Assembly: GCF_009914755.1 (NCBI RefSeq)
Contig: NC_060934.1
Reading direction: 5' to 3' (one strand)
Source of the DNA: the human T2T-CHM13v2.0 reference genome, Homo sapiens
Length of the DNA: 64,000 bases
The notes beneath the pieces were generated by a model, which was given only the letters and a program-made list of their open reading frames with translations, had not been told where the DNA came from and did no database searches. Numbering within the stretch: position 1 is the first letter of the stretch; each line of letters starts with the position of its first letter. Shown in pieces: positions 27,331-46,459 of the stretch. The position numbers and the translations under genes were made by a program.

Positions 27331-28044
27331 CTTCCCCAGCCCCTTTGCATCAGCACGAGGCCCTGGGCGGACTGAGGTGCCTCAGGGACATGGGACTCTA
27401 GAGCGTCCTCTCATGGCCTGGACCCCCAGTGGGCCTGGCTGCACATCAGGCCGTTTCCTCTGGGCTGGTCTTAGCCACCAGGCAGCACCCATGGGCTCTT
27501 AAGTGGTCATGTAATTATCAAGTCAGTCGTGTTTGCTGAGCCCCTGAGATGTGAGGACACAGTTCTAAGTGCCACAGGGAGGGCCTGGTTCCTGCCCTCT
27601 GGGAGGGCCTGATTTGTCGGGGGAGACAAGATGGTCACAGGCCATTGGCCCAGGAAGAGGGGCTTCTGAGCAGGGGCTTGGCCCACAGCTTTCTCTGCTG
27701 GGGCGCCCGGAGCCTGATGAGTGGTCGGTGCTGTCAGGGCACTGAGGCAGGTGGGGTGGGGGTTCTGCCCAGTAAACAGGCTCAGGGTATCCTCTTGTGG
27801 TTCATCGTGGGTCCCCAGATACCACGGTGGATTTCAGATGCAGTGAGGGGCGTGTGGCTGCCAATACCCCCAGATCCTTCTGAATGGCGGAGAACATTAG
27901 GTGTGCATTGTGGGAGACACACAGGATGGAGACAAACGACTCGTTCAGTGATCCCCAGAGCAACGCTGAGGGCGCCTGAGAGGGAATCACAACCCCATCA
28001 GCACAGGGTGACCTGCCTCAGCCCTTAGGTGTGGGGATGGCTGC

Positions 28045-28530
28045 ACTATCACTGACACCCACACCCATGCCCACGCCTACACCGTCACCCATGCCCACAC
28101 CTACAGCCTCGCCCACACCCACGCCATCACCCACACCCATGCCCATGCCTACACCGTCACCCATGCCCACACCTACAGCCTCACCCACACCCACACTATC
28201 ACCTACAGCAACACCGTCACCCATGCCCACACCTACAGCCTGGCCCACACCCACACCATCACCCACACCCATGCCCATGCCTACACTGTCGCCCATGCCT
28301 ACACTGTCACCCATGCCCACACCTACAGCCTCACCCACACCCACATCGTCACCCACACTCTCACCATCACCCACACCCATGACCACGCCTACACCATCAC
28401 CCACACCCACATCCACACTCATGCCCATGCCTGCACCGTCACCCACACTCACATCCACACCCACACCATCACCCATGCCCACACCTACAGCTTGGCCCAC
28501 ACCCACACACCCACACCACACTGTCATCCA
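28045..28530. repeat. C/A-rich hexamer-based minisatellite (CACACC/CATGCC/CCTACA)
   Basis: Hexamer periodicity that produces the spurious Pro-Thr and Gly-Val ORFs. Confidence 0.92.
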
Positions 28531-29879
28531 CACCCTTTCCCAACTTGAGTGCTCTCCCGTGCCCTGGTGCACTGAATGACTGTGGCCACAGGAGGCCAGA
28601 AGCCCACACAGAGGACGGAGGGGACATCAGATGATGTGTAAGGAAATGTGACAAAAGGTTTCTCCACAATGTTTTACGGCTCATTCTAAGCCACTGGAAA
28701 AATTTCAAGATTTCTATCACACACTTTCATATTTTGCTGTAAACTGATCTTACCACTGACATTGTGAAGTGAAATCTATTATTATTCATGGAATTCCGTA
28801 CCCAGAAGAAGGTCTGCTGTCACCCAAGAATATCACTATGGGTATTATTGGTCCTAAAGGTGATGCCTGTGCATTACTTTTGATCTGTAGGTGGGAAGTA
28901 ATGTAGCTGTGTTGTTTGTTTGGATCTTTTGATACAAAAGATCATTTTTCATTGATATCAAAGGGAAATTGCAAAGAGAATGACCTATTTGTCTGGCGGA
29001 CACACTTTCTGTACCTTAATGATACATACAATTCTATCCATTTATTCTCATTTTAATACATGAAAGTGGCACGAAGTCGGAGATCAAAAGCCAGCCAGAC
29101 ATTAATCTCATGGCTGCTCAAACAGAACTGCGTCTATTCCCAGAGAAATTTCTAAACGAAGAAGCAAATATGACCACGGGTTCCCGGCCTCGTGTGGGAT
29201 GAGACTCGTGCTGTCTAGGAGAGAAAATCTGTAGGTTTCACTGGTTTTAGCACATCCCTAAAATGTATGAGCAGCACACATACCTCTGGAGCCCTGGCCA
29301 AAGTTAGTGGCTGAGCAGAAGACACGTGCTTCGCCTCCATAAAGTCGTCTGCGTGGCACGTCAGAAGCCTGCAGTCCTTTCAACTTCCAGTTCCCAGGGC
29401 ATCATCAATCACGTCGCAGCGATTCCTATTTCACGTCATGGCCATTCTGACAAAACAGCAGGTTTCCTTCGCTCATGAGTGCAGTGAGCGGTTCCTGGAT
29501 GCTGACCGTGTGGAGCACTTTGTACCTCGTGGGGGTGTAAAGAAGCCTGGCAGGAAGCCTGGCAGGTGGGCCTCAGGCAGATGGAAAGGTGGGGACAGTT
29601 GGAAGCAGCCCCTTCCCGCGCTGGGGCCTCCCCGTGGTGTAGACGTCTCCTCGGGACGAGTCTCAGTGGAGCCATCATAGCCAAGTCAGCCGGTGCTTGA
29701 AGGCTGCTGCAGCTAGCACCTGGGCAACGCGGAGGCTGTACTTGCCAGCCTGTGCCAGGGAGGCTCTGGGCACTCTCCCTGCCAGCCCACCAAGGTGTTG
29801 CCAATGGCGCTGTGAGGGGTTCAAAACCCTTGTCCTCTCCTGCTGTGGCTCAGCCTCCCATCGCTCCCTCCCTCCCTCC

Positions 29880-30200
29880 CTCCTATCTATCTTCTATCAT
29901 CTGTCGATCAGTCATCTAATCTATAATCTATCATCTATCTAATCTATGATCTATCATCTAATTTTCATCTATCATCTATCATTATCATCTATCATCTACC
30001 TATCATCTGTCATCTATTATCTGTCATCTGTTATCATCTATCATCTATTAACTATCATCTGATCTATAATCTATGTATCATCTGTCATCTTCATCTATCT
30101 GTCATTTATTGTTCTATGTATGCCTGCTATGTGCTGTATCATCTATCTGTCATCTCTATCCATCTATCTGTCTGTCATCTATCGATCTATGTATGCCTGC
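29880..30200. repeat. Degenerate (TCTA/TCA)n simple repeat
   Basis: Runs of atctatc/tcatcta. Confidence 0.88.
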
Positions 30201-30389
30201 TATGTTCCTGCACCCACTGTGCCAGACACTGAATGCATGACGTGGAATGAGACAAGGTCCCCACCTGCCAGAAGCTTAGAGTTTGGTGGGAAGCATGGAT
30301 TCTAAGGAGGGTGAGGGCCTCCCGGGTTCAGACAGTGGACTCCCAGCAGCCTCAAATATGTTATTTCTGGACGAGACCATGGTATGCTG

Positions 30390-30770
30390 CTCACAGTCAG
30401 CTCTCGAAAGAAAGAAACAATCACGTGTGTAGCTTTCCAATTTCCATGGTGTAAGCACCATCACTGTGGCCAATTTCAAGGGCCCAGTGTGAGGTCACTG
30501 AGCAGGTTTGGGCAGCGATGAAGGGGTTTGGAAAACAGCAGGATTTTGTGGTATTTCCACCACACAGATATAAGAGGTGTAAATAATTTCAAGAGCACAA
30601 ATAACAGTAAAATAATTTGGAGTGGTGAGTTTTGCGTACCTGTTACCTTTGTTTTACTATATTTAGTTCTAAGTTTATGTAATTTAGTTTTTAATAATGA
30701 CTTATTTGACAACCACCTTTCAAAACTGCCTGCACATCTCACCATGGCCCTCAGGATGACGCTGGCTCCT
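30390..30770. mobile_element. MER63-like hAT-Blackjack DNA transposon relic
   Basis: gtatttccaccacacagata..taaataatttcaagagca..gtgagttttg..ttacctttgtttt..gtttttaataatg resembles the reverse MER63 consensus (from memory). Confidence 0.5.
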
Positions 30771-31369
30771 GTGCATCCTGCGCCGGGCATGGTGCCTCAC
30801 GTGAGGTCATTTCCACGGCCACGTGTGTCCTCCTGCCGCTTCACAGACGGTGACTTCCACCTCCATGTCCTCAGACTCCACTCTCCACAGAGCCCTGACT
30901 GTCATTAACTCCCTGACTTAGAATATTTCATCCGTATTTGTGTATGAAGGGTCCTTTATGTTGAATGTTATTTAAGCCCTAGGTTTAATTTTTGTTTTTG
31001 TGCAGGATAGAAAACAGATGAACACATACGTTATCAGATGGTCTCTCTGTACAAATAATGCACGGCCCAGATGCTTATGGTCTGGAATCATTAGCATAAC
31101 ATATGCTGCTGCTCAGAAACGGCAAGTGCGGCGCAATTCTGAAACAGCTCCTGCCTTAGCAGGTACATCCTGGTCTATGCTCAGGTCTGATTTTGGCAGA
31201 TACACAAGTACCTTTTTGCCAAAGGCTGTGTCCCCATGTCACTGCTTGTGCCTGGCCCAGAGCAGAGGCTCCGAGTGGTGGCACCACTTCTGTCATTGTC
31301 GGGACCATGGCTGCCCCTCCTCCCCCTCCTGCTAAACCAACAAGGGCTGTTGACTGAGGGCCCCCGAGG

Positions 31370-31860
31370 GCCACTGAGTGCACCCCACAGTGGCAGGCAC
31401 CCTGCAACCAAGTGTCCCTGAGTCCACCCCACCATGGCAGACACCCTGCAGCTGAGAGGCCCTGAGTGCACCTCACTGTGGCAGGCACCCTGCAGCCAAG
31501 TGGCCCTGAGTCCACCTCACCGTGGCAGGCACCCTGCAACCAAGTGGCCCTGAGTCCACCCCACCGTGGCAGGCACCCTGCAGCTGAGAGGCCCTGAGTG
31601 CACCTCACTGTGGCAGGCACCCTGCAGCCAAGTGGCCCTGAGTCCACCTCACCGTGGCAGGCACCCTGCAGCCAAGTGGCCCTGAGTCCACCTCACCGTG
31701 GCAGGCACCCTGCAGCCAAGTGGCCCTGAGTCCACCCCACCGTGGCAGGCACCCTGCAGCTGAGAGGCCCTGAGTGCACCTCACTGTGGCAGGCACCCTG
31801 CAGCCAAGCGGCCCTGAGTCCAACCCACCGTGGCAGGCACCCTGCAGCCAAGCGGCACTG
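31370..31860. repeat. 44-bp minisatellite, ~11 copies with two variant classes
   Basis: GGCCCTGAGTCCACCTCACCGTGGCAGGCACCCTGCAGCCAAGT, with a ...CAGCTGAGAGGCCCTGAGTGCACC variant recurring three times. Confidence 0.95.
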
Positions 31861-32039
31861 GTGAGCCCTTGGAGGTCAGAACTCAGACGCAGAAGCAGAC
31901 AGTACCTGGAACTGAACCCCTGCAAGCTCCATGCAGAGAACAGCGTGGCAGCACTCGAGGAGGGAAAGGCTTTGGGGAAGAGGGAGGGAGGCAGAAGGAG
32001 CAGCTCAGGGAGCTCATCAATGAGGGAGGGTGAGTGGAG

Positions 32040-32320
32040 CAGAGATGAAGAGATGAGATACACACAGCCAGGGAGGAGGATGAGATGGAGAGGGAGAGAC
32101 AGAGACACAGAAAGACAGAGACAAGCAGACAAGGACAGAGATAAAAAGACAAAGAGAGACAGAGATGGGCACACAGAGAAAGAGACAGAGAGACAAGGAC
32201 AGAGATGGAGACAAAGCTAGAGACAGACAGGGAGAGAGATACAGAGAGACAGAGGGAGAGACATAGAGACAGACGCAGAGACAGAGAGAGGCCGAGAGCG
32301 AGAGGAGGAGGGAGAAGAGA
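32040..32320. repeat. (GA/GACA)-rich purine tract
   Basis: Low-complexity gagacagaga runs. Confidence 0.88.
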
Positions 32321-32779
32321 TGATGGGGACAAGGGGAAGCCAAGTCTAAGACAGGAGAGAACCAGTACCAGAACCAGAAGGTGGCTGGGCTTCGAGGGGC
32401 CTGGGCCAGTGGCTGGGGGCATTTCAAGCCTTGCCTGTGCCCCCACACCTGGGCACCCCCCTGTCCACTGCACCCCTGTCCTGTCACCAGACTCGGGGGT
32501 GAAGCACTTGTGAATGGAGAGAGAGGACGCAACTCTGTTCTAACCCGGCAGGTGCTTAGGATTAATTCCTGGACAAATTCAGGAATTCTCACTCTAGCTG
32601 CCCAGAGCCACGGGTGTGACAATTTCCACAAACTTGTATTCTGTTTTCAAAAGGAGTCTAGAATCACCCCCAAATCCCGGACACTGAAAGCCCCTGGCCA
32701 GGAAGCAGTGTAGACCTTTGTTTTTCAAGGAGATTTTGTTACAGAGAGACAACCCTGCCCCTTGAGTGGCCACTGAGTG

Positions 32780-33500
32780 CTTGGACCTGCCAGCGTTGTG
32801 TGGGTTTGCATCTGTGTCCAGCGTCTCGTGGGTTTGCACCTGTGCCCGGACCTGCCAGTGTTGCGTGGGTTTGCACCTGTGCCCAGACCTGCTGGCATCG
32901 CGTGGGTTTGCACGTGTCCAGCATCATGTAGGTTTGTACCTGTGCCCAGACCTGCTGGCATTGCGTGGGTTCGCACCTGTGTCCAGCGTTGTGTAGCTTT
33001 GCACCTGTACCCGGACCTGCCGGTGACACATAGGTTTGCACCTGTGTCCAGCATCGTGTAGGTTTGCACCTGTGTCCAGCGTCATGTAGGTTTGCACCTG
33101 TGTCCAGCGTAGTGTAGGTTTGCACCTGTGCCCGGACCTGCTGGCGTTGCATGGGTTTGCACCTGTGTCCAGCATCGTGTAGGTTTGCACCTGTGCCTGG
33201 ACCTGCCAGCGTTGCGTGGGTTTGCCCCTGTGCCTGGACCTTCTGGCGTTGTGTAGGTTTGCACCTGTACCCAGCGTCACGTGGGTTTGCACCTGTGCCT
33301 GGACCTGCCGGCGTCGCATGGGTTTGCACCTGTGTCCAGCATTGCGTGGGTTTGCACCTGTGCCTGGACCTGCCAGCGTTGCGTGGGTTTGCCCCTGTGC
33401 CTGGACCTTCTGGCGTTGTGTAGGTTTGCACCTGTACCCAGCGTCGCGTGGGTTTGCACCTGTGCCTGGACCTGCCGGCGTCGCGTGGGTTCGCACCTGT
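32780..33500. repeat. Composite 37/27-bp minisatellite sharing a GGTTTGCACCTGTG core
   Basis: Long (..CCTGGACCTGCCAGCGTTGCGTG) and short (..TCCAGCATCGTGTA) units are interspersed. Confidence 0.93.
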
Positions 33501-34769
33501 GTTTAGTCCACCATCTATGGATGTTGAAGATCCCAGGGACGGCCAAGTTTCAATTCTGTAGGTGCTAATTTACTTCATTTTTCTGGGGCACCAGAGAGTA
33601 AATTTAGAAACCCAATGCTATCTTAGGGCACCAAGAGAATTTCAGTTGAGGTGAAAATTACTGCTTTTTCCTCATCATGAATAGATGAAAACATTGTAAA
33701 GGAAGAATACATTTTCTTTTGAAGAATGAGCTATTTGTCGACAATGGGCTGTTCCCTTTGATGCAGAAACCACGGCTTTGGTCCACTGTCATTAGGCTGA
33801 CCCTGTGGCTCCCCAGCCAGGAGTGCCCAGAGCCAGGAAGGAAAGGGCACCATTTTCCCCAGCTCTCCCACGATTTCCATGAGAAGGTGGAACCATTGTT
33901 GTTAGGGCTGGGGTTTCATCTGCCTGGAGTCCAGAAGCCGGTCTGTGTAGATCCCGGGGAGCAGAGCTGTAGGGGCCTGCAGGGGCGGGGGCAGGTGCGG
34001 CGGGGGTCTCCCGTTTTCTCCTGGGCCCTGTGTCCCCTGATGTCACCCCCCTGACCTCCAGCCCCTTGGGTTTTGTGGACGGGCCAGGGCCCAGCACTCG
34101 GGCTTAGGATGGGTAAACAGTTGTCCTGTTATCTGTTGGGCATATGGCAGGTGCCTGTCCCATGCAGGCACTGCCTGCCCCATGGGCATCTGTCTGTGCT
34201 AGAACCCCTGGGTGGCTGCGTTTTGAAGAGGATTTTACGGGGGCTGGCTGTGCGCACCCTCTCCCTTCTCTCCGTTCTCTCCCCAGATCGTGCTGTGGTT
34301 GTAGGGAGCCCAGGACCCCATGGGCACAAAAGCCTCCATGCAAGCATCAGAGGTGATGCCCCGGGTCCTGCTCAGGCCTTCGGCTTCCTGGCCCTCCCCA
34401 CTCAGCCTCCTTCCTGCACATCCTGGGGACCAACCTTTGCATCTCCTGCCTGGCTCCACCACAAAACGTCCTTACAGAGGGTCTCAGGGCCACAGCCTCG
34501 TTGGGAGTTGGGGGTGGCACCCGGAGACCACATTTGCACCAAATGCGCTGTTTTCACTCCAGCTGCAGATGACAGAGGAACAGGACGACCAGAGTGTCCA
34601 AGGGTGTTCTGGGTCCCTCAACCCAGACTTCCTGTGACCACATTGTTGTTAGTTTATCAGGCTTGTGGGGAATTCATGGCTCTTTTAGGGAAACTCATGC
34701 TGTCCCCACACCTGTGACCCCTATTTTCCAAACCAAAGTTACAGAAATGTCCTGCATTGGGGATGGCGC

Positions 34770-35242
34770 TTTCAGGGCGTCAGACCAATGTGGGGGAGGT
34801 CTAGGGGCTTCAGATCAACGTTGGGGAGGTCTTAGGGCCTCAGATCCACGTTGGGGAGGCCTCAGGGCCTCAAATCCACGTTGGGGAGGCCTCAGGGCAT
34901 CAGAGCAACGTGGGGGAGGCCTCGGGGCCTCAGAGCAACGTGGGGGAGGTCTCAGGGTGTCACCAACGTGGGGGTGTCACCAACGTGGGGGAGGTCTCGG
35001 GGTCAGACCGAGGACGGAGAGGTCTTGGGACATTAGACCAAGGTTGGGGGAAGTCTCAGGGCATCAGACTAACCTGGGGGAGGTCTTGGGGCATCAGACT
35101 GAGGTTGGGGGAGGTCTTAGGGTATCAGACTGAGGTCAAGGAGGTCTCGGGGCATCAGACCGAGGTTGGGGGAGGTCTCGGGGCATCAGGCCAAGGTAGG
35201 GGGAGGTCTCAACGCGTCAGACCAAGGTTGGGGGAGGTCTTG
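34770..35242. repeat. ~30-bp G-rich diverged minisatellite
   Basis: GTTGGGGGAGGTCTCGGGGCATCAGACCGA-type units, ~15 copies. Confidence 0.9.
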
Positions 35243-35869
35243 GGCAGAGCAGCTCAGGAGCTTGGGGCGTGGCAGCGACTGGAGGTGCTGGGAGGGAGGC
35301 GGGTGCCCATTCTGCAGCTTCCTGCTCCTCTGCACAGAGCTCAGCCGAGGCCTCTCATCCCGAGACCTCCACATGGAGGCTTTGAAAACTCCATCCAAGA
35401 AGACAATATCTCGGGATGGTAGGGGAAAGGTGTTCCACCCAGCTGACCTCAAGGCCTTTGGCTGTCCCTGGACATTAGTCAGGTTTTTGTGGAAAGCCCA
35501 GTGGGGAGGGAGGCCCTGGCTTCTCGTTAGCCTATGGCCACCCCGACTGGCCGGCAGCCTCAGGCCAGGCTGTGTTTGCCCCATGCAGCCACAGCCTGGG
35601 GTTGCCGGGCCTTGCTCGGGGCTGTTTGCCTCTGCAGCGGCAGCCTCGGGTGGCAGGGCCTTGCTCCCTCAGGGACTCGGGGTGCCTTGGCCTCAGGGTG
35701 TGGGACTGAACATGTGGAATGGCTGTGGAGTTCCACGGCTCAGGCACAGGGCCCTGACCGCATGTGCCCAGCATCACTGACCTCACCAGAAGTGGGATGC
35801 AGGGAGCCTGGGGCTTGGCACTCCCCACCGGCCGCAGCCAACATCCTCGAGAGAAGCCGTGGGCCTCAC

Positions 35870-36038
35870 CTGGCGATCTTGTCCGTGCAGGACATGGTGA
35901 TCAGCTGCTCCCCCAGCAGGACGCCGTCCCAGGTCTGCACTGCGCTGGGGCCACGCACGGGGACCGTCCCTTCCCCGGACTCGATCTTGGTGCGCAGGTG
36001 CCCGCGGAACTTCCTGACGAGGTGTTTGCTGCTGTGCA
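35870..36038 (-). CDS. ADARB2: ADAR3 coding exon (exon 7) with base-flipping loop (KIESGEG) and SCTDK motif
   Basis: Encodes (L)[55 protein letters not shown](R); acceptor tcctag|TG, donor AG|gtgagg; 169 nt. Confidence 0.97.
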
Positions 36039-36549
36039 CTAGGAGATAAAAGGGCGGGGAGGGGTGAGAAGAGGGAAGCCGCCTTGGTTTTGGGAGGTGG
36101 GAGAAGAGGAAGGACTGCAACAGAGGTCAAAGGGCCCCTCACCATGGCTGGGCGTTTGGCACGAGGAAGGGGCTTCAGAAATAAGCGCCATGTGGGGTTG
36201 GGCTCCAGAGCCACACCATCCCGCCTGGGCCGGGCCAACTTCCCAGTCAAGGGTCAGGGAGTAAAAACCCCAGGCTTCATGGGCCAGACTCTCTTTTCAC
36301 CAACACCCGCCTCTGTTGCGTGAGTGCAGCCACGGCCTGGACCGTGCTCAGGCCAGTAAGGGACCACCGCGTCCTCAATGCTTCATTTACAGATGCAGAC
36401 TTGAACACGCAGTTGGACGTGTCGTTTTCAGAGGTTGTGAAACACCGTTTTTCTCACTTTTCAGCCATTAAAAATGTAAATATTTATGCTTAGCTAGAGG
36501 GCTGTGCAGAAATAGGTGGTGAGTGGGACTCAGCTCTTACCCTGGTCCA

Positions 36550-36720
36550 GGTGTCAGTCCCGGCTCCAGGGTAAGCTGGCTGTGTAACCTTGGGAAAGTG
36601 TCTCAAAGTCACTGTGACCCGGTTACTTCCTCTAATGACGAGGGTAATAGCAGTGCTTGCCGCCCAGGCTGTGAGGAGTCGGTGAGGTGGCTCCTGTGAA
36701 GGTGCTGGGGTTGCCTGGGC
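36550..36720 (+). mobile_element. MIR fragment
   Basis: gctgtgtaaccttgggaaagt..ctgtg.ccc.gtt..ctctaatg..gggtaatagcagt resembles the MIR core. Confidence 0.5.
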
Positions 36721-36916
36721 ACCTCCACTCTTGCTGTGTCCCCTAATTACCAAGGGTCGCCATGGGCAGGAGCTCCGCCAGGCCCAGAAGTGACGGAGCG
36801 TCTGGTGGGTCTCTGTGGGTCCCTCAGGTGTTCTGTGTTCTCCTTTCTAGGGTCCCCTTGACACCCCCCGCCCCCCTATACCACATTCCCCACAATTACT
36901 TGGAGAACTAGCATGA

Positions 36917-37269
<353 letters not shown>

Positions 37270-37484
37270 AAAATCTTGTACATTAAATCTGGATTATATT
37301 GTAATATGGAAATGGCCCACTGCTTTGCATTTGAATTATATATAAAATAGTATAGTGATTATATCATTTACATACATATGATAACGTAAGTGAATATTAA
37401 ATGCTTTCTTTAGAAAGTTCCTATTGAAGTTTTAGAAGCTGTGGAAATGCAATTTCCCCCTCACTTTCCCCCACTGACAGTGCT

Positions 37485-38200
<716 letters not shown>

Positions 38201-38562
38201 GTGCTGAATGGTAACTAATGCTTGGGTTTATATAGGAACTTTCTCCTAAAGATCCCAAGTAATTTCCAGTGTATTTTCTAATTGTCTGTAAGAGCTGACA
38301 TTCTTTCACTATACATTCATAGTACTTAAGGCTATGCCTTGGGAAGAAAGATCGCTGCATTCTTTGGAGAAAAAACCCTTTGAGAGGCTTCAGATGGCTT
38401 TTCACTTTGTAACCAACTAGATACTTGATGAGATAAAATTTGGACCGGTCTTTGAGTCATTCACGGAAAAAAGAGCGAATGAGAGGTATTGAGCCTGGGC
38501 AGGCATAGCAAATAATGCCCAGCTCTTCCCCAGATAAAGCACAAATCTCTTCTTTGCAGCTT

Positions 38563-39340
38563 TAATGGTGATGGTGATGATAATGGTGGTGGTGATGGTG
38601 ATAATGGAGGTAATGGTGGTGGTGATGGTGTTAATGGAGGTGATGGTGATGGTGAAGATAATGGTGATGATGGTGGCGGTGGAGACGGTGATATGATGGT
38701 GAAGATAATGATGGCAATGGTGATGATGGTGATGGTAATGATGGTGGTGATGATGATGGTGATGGTGATGGTAATGGTGGTGGTGATGATGGTGATGGTG
38801 ATAATGATGGTAATGGTGGTGGTGATGATGGTGATGGTGATGATGGTGGTGATAATGGTGATGGTGGTGGTGATGGATGATGGTGATGGTGGTGATGATG
38901 GTGATGATGATGGTAATGGTGATGGTGATGATGGTGGTGATGATGGTAATGGTGATGGTGGTGGTGGTGATGATGGTGATGGTGATGATGGTGGTAATGG
39001 TGATGGTGGTGGTGGTGATGATGGTGATGATGGTGAAGATAATGATGGCAATGGTGATGATGGTGATGGTAATGATGGTGGTGATGATGATGATGGTAAT
39101 GGTGGTGATGATGGTGATGGTGATGATGGTGGTGATAATGGTGGTGGTGGTGATGATGGTGGTGATGATGGTAATGGTGATGGTGGTGGTGATGGTGGTG
39201 ATGGTGGTAATGGTGATGGTGGTGGTGATGGATGATGGTGATGGTGGTGATGATGGTGATGATGATGGTGATGGTGGTGGTGATGATGGTGATTGTGGTG
39301 GTGATGATGGTCGTGATGGTGATGATGGTGGTGATGATAA
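38563..39340. repeat. ~780-bp (GAT/GGT/AAT)n trinucleotide repeat
   Basis: Mixed tgatgg/tggtgg runs that produce the poly-Met/Val, Gly/Asp and His ORFs. Confidence 0.97.
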
Positions 39341-40298
39341 ATTGAACATAAAATAGTTCATATGACTCAAAACACTTGGTTTAAACTGACTTTTTGCAGG
39401 TGGGGTCTTTATGAACATCAACTTTCTGCGGAAGGCAACATTGAAAGCATGGAGGAGCCATCACACCTAACAGTTTCCACAACATTACCACAATATTAGG
39501 GACTTTACTCTTTCATTTGGGGGATATTTTCTCAGGGAATGTGGTTGTTGCTGTCCCTCCATTTCTGTTATAGTATTCTTATATTCTCCCAACGTTTTAA
39601 CTATTGTGGTCTTTTTCGAGATCTTGAAAGTTGCCTATTATATTGTAAGGCCTTTCTAAATTTTTACCAGTTGCTACTGCACAACTAACTTTCCATGAAG
39701 TACACTTGATAGCCTGTTAATGCCATGACAACAGGGAGGCCCTGCTTTAATTAACAGCTAGTTCCTAGGAGTTAACCCAAAGCTTTCAGGTTAGACTAAT
39801 TTTGCCTGAGGAGCCAGGTGCATGAGTTGCTCCTGAGTGTTTATTTTTGGAGGTGTTCAGTCTTGGGATGCCTTCTCCACAGGCTCCCTGATGAGTTTGA
39901 GCAGCCCCAGGGTGGCTTGAATGTCGGTGATCCTGCAGAGCCCATTTCCTCTGGCTCTTTCCTGGCTAATTGTGAGAGGTGGGAAGGAGTTGAAGATGCC
40001 ACTTAAGGCTGACAAAATGCCAGTCCAACCAGCAATTGCAGTGAGCTGGCCATAAATGATCTGTAGTGGATTTAGAGTGTGCCTGAGACAGTGAAAGTGT
40101 AGAACCTCAAACTCCTGACTGCTGTGTCTACATAGATGCTCACAAATCCATCCAAACATTCTGGTCCAATTCTGACAGTCCAAGTCATCAGACTCTTCAT
40201 TACAGTGCTTATTAACCTATATAAAACCCTAGATAAAACCCTTGTCTTTTGAGGTCAATATCAAGGTAAATAAGGATAGTTTTTAGATGCTCATTTCT

Positions 40299-46459
<6,161 letters not shown>

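Noticed and set aside
28018-28579. Mucin-like Pro/Thr ORF and antisense Gly/Val ORF
   Set aside because: Products of a hexameric minisatellite; no signal peptide or exon evidence.
38417-39421. Poly-His/Thr/Ile and Gly/Asp ORFs
   Set aside because: Trinucleotide-repeat artefacts.
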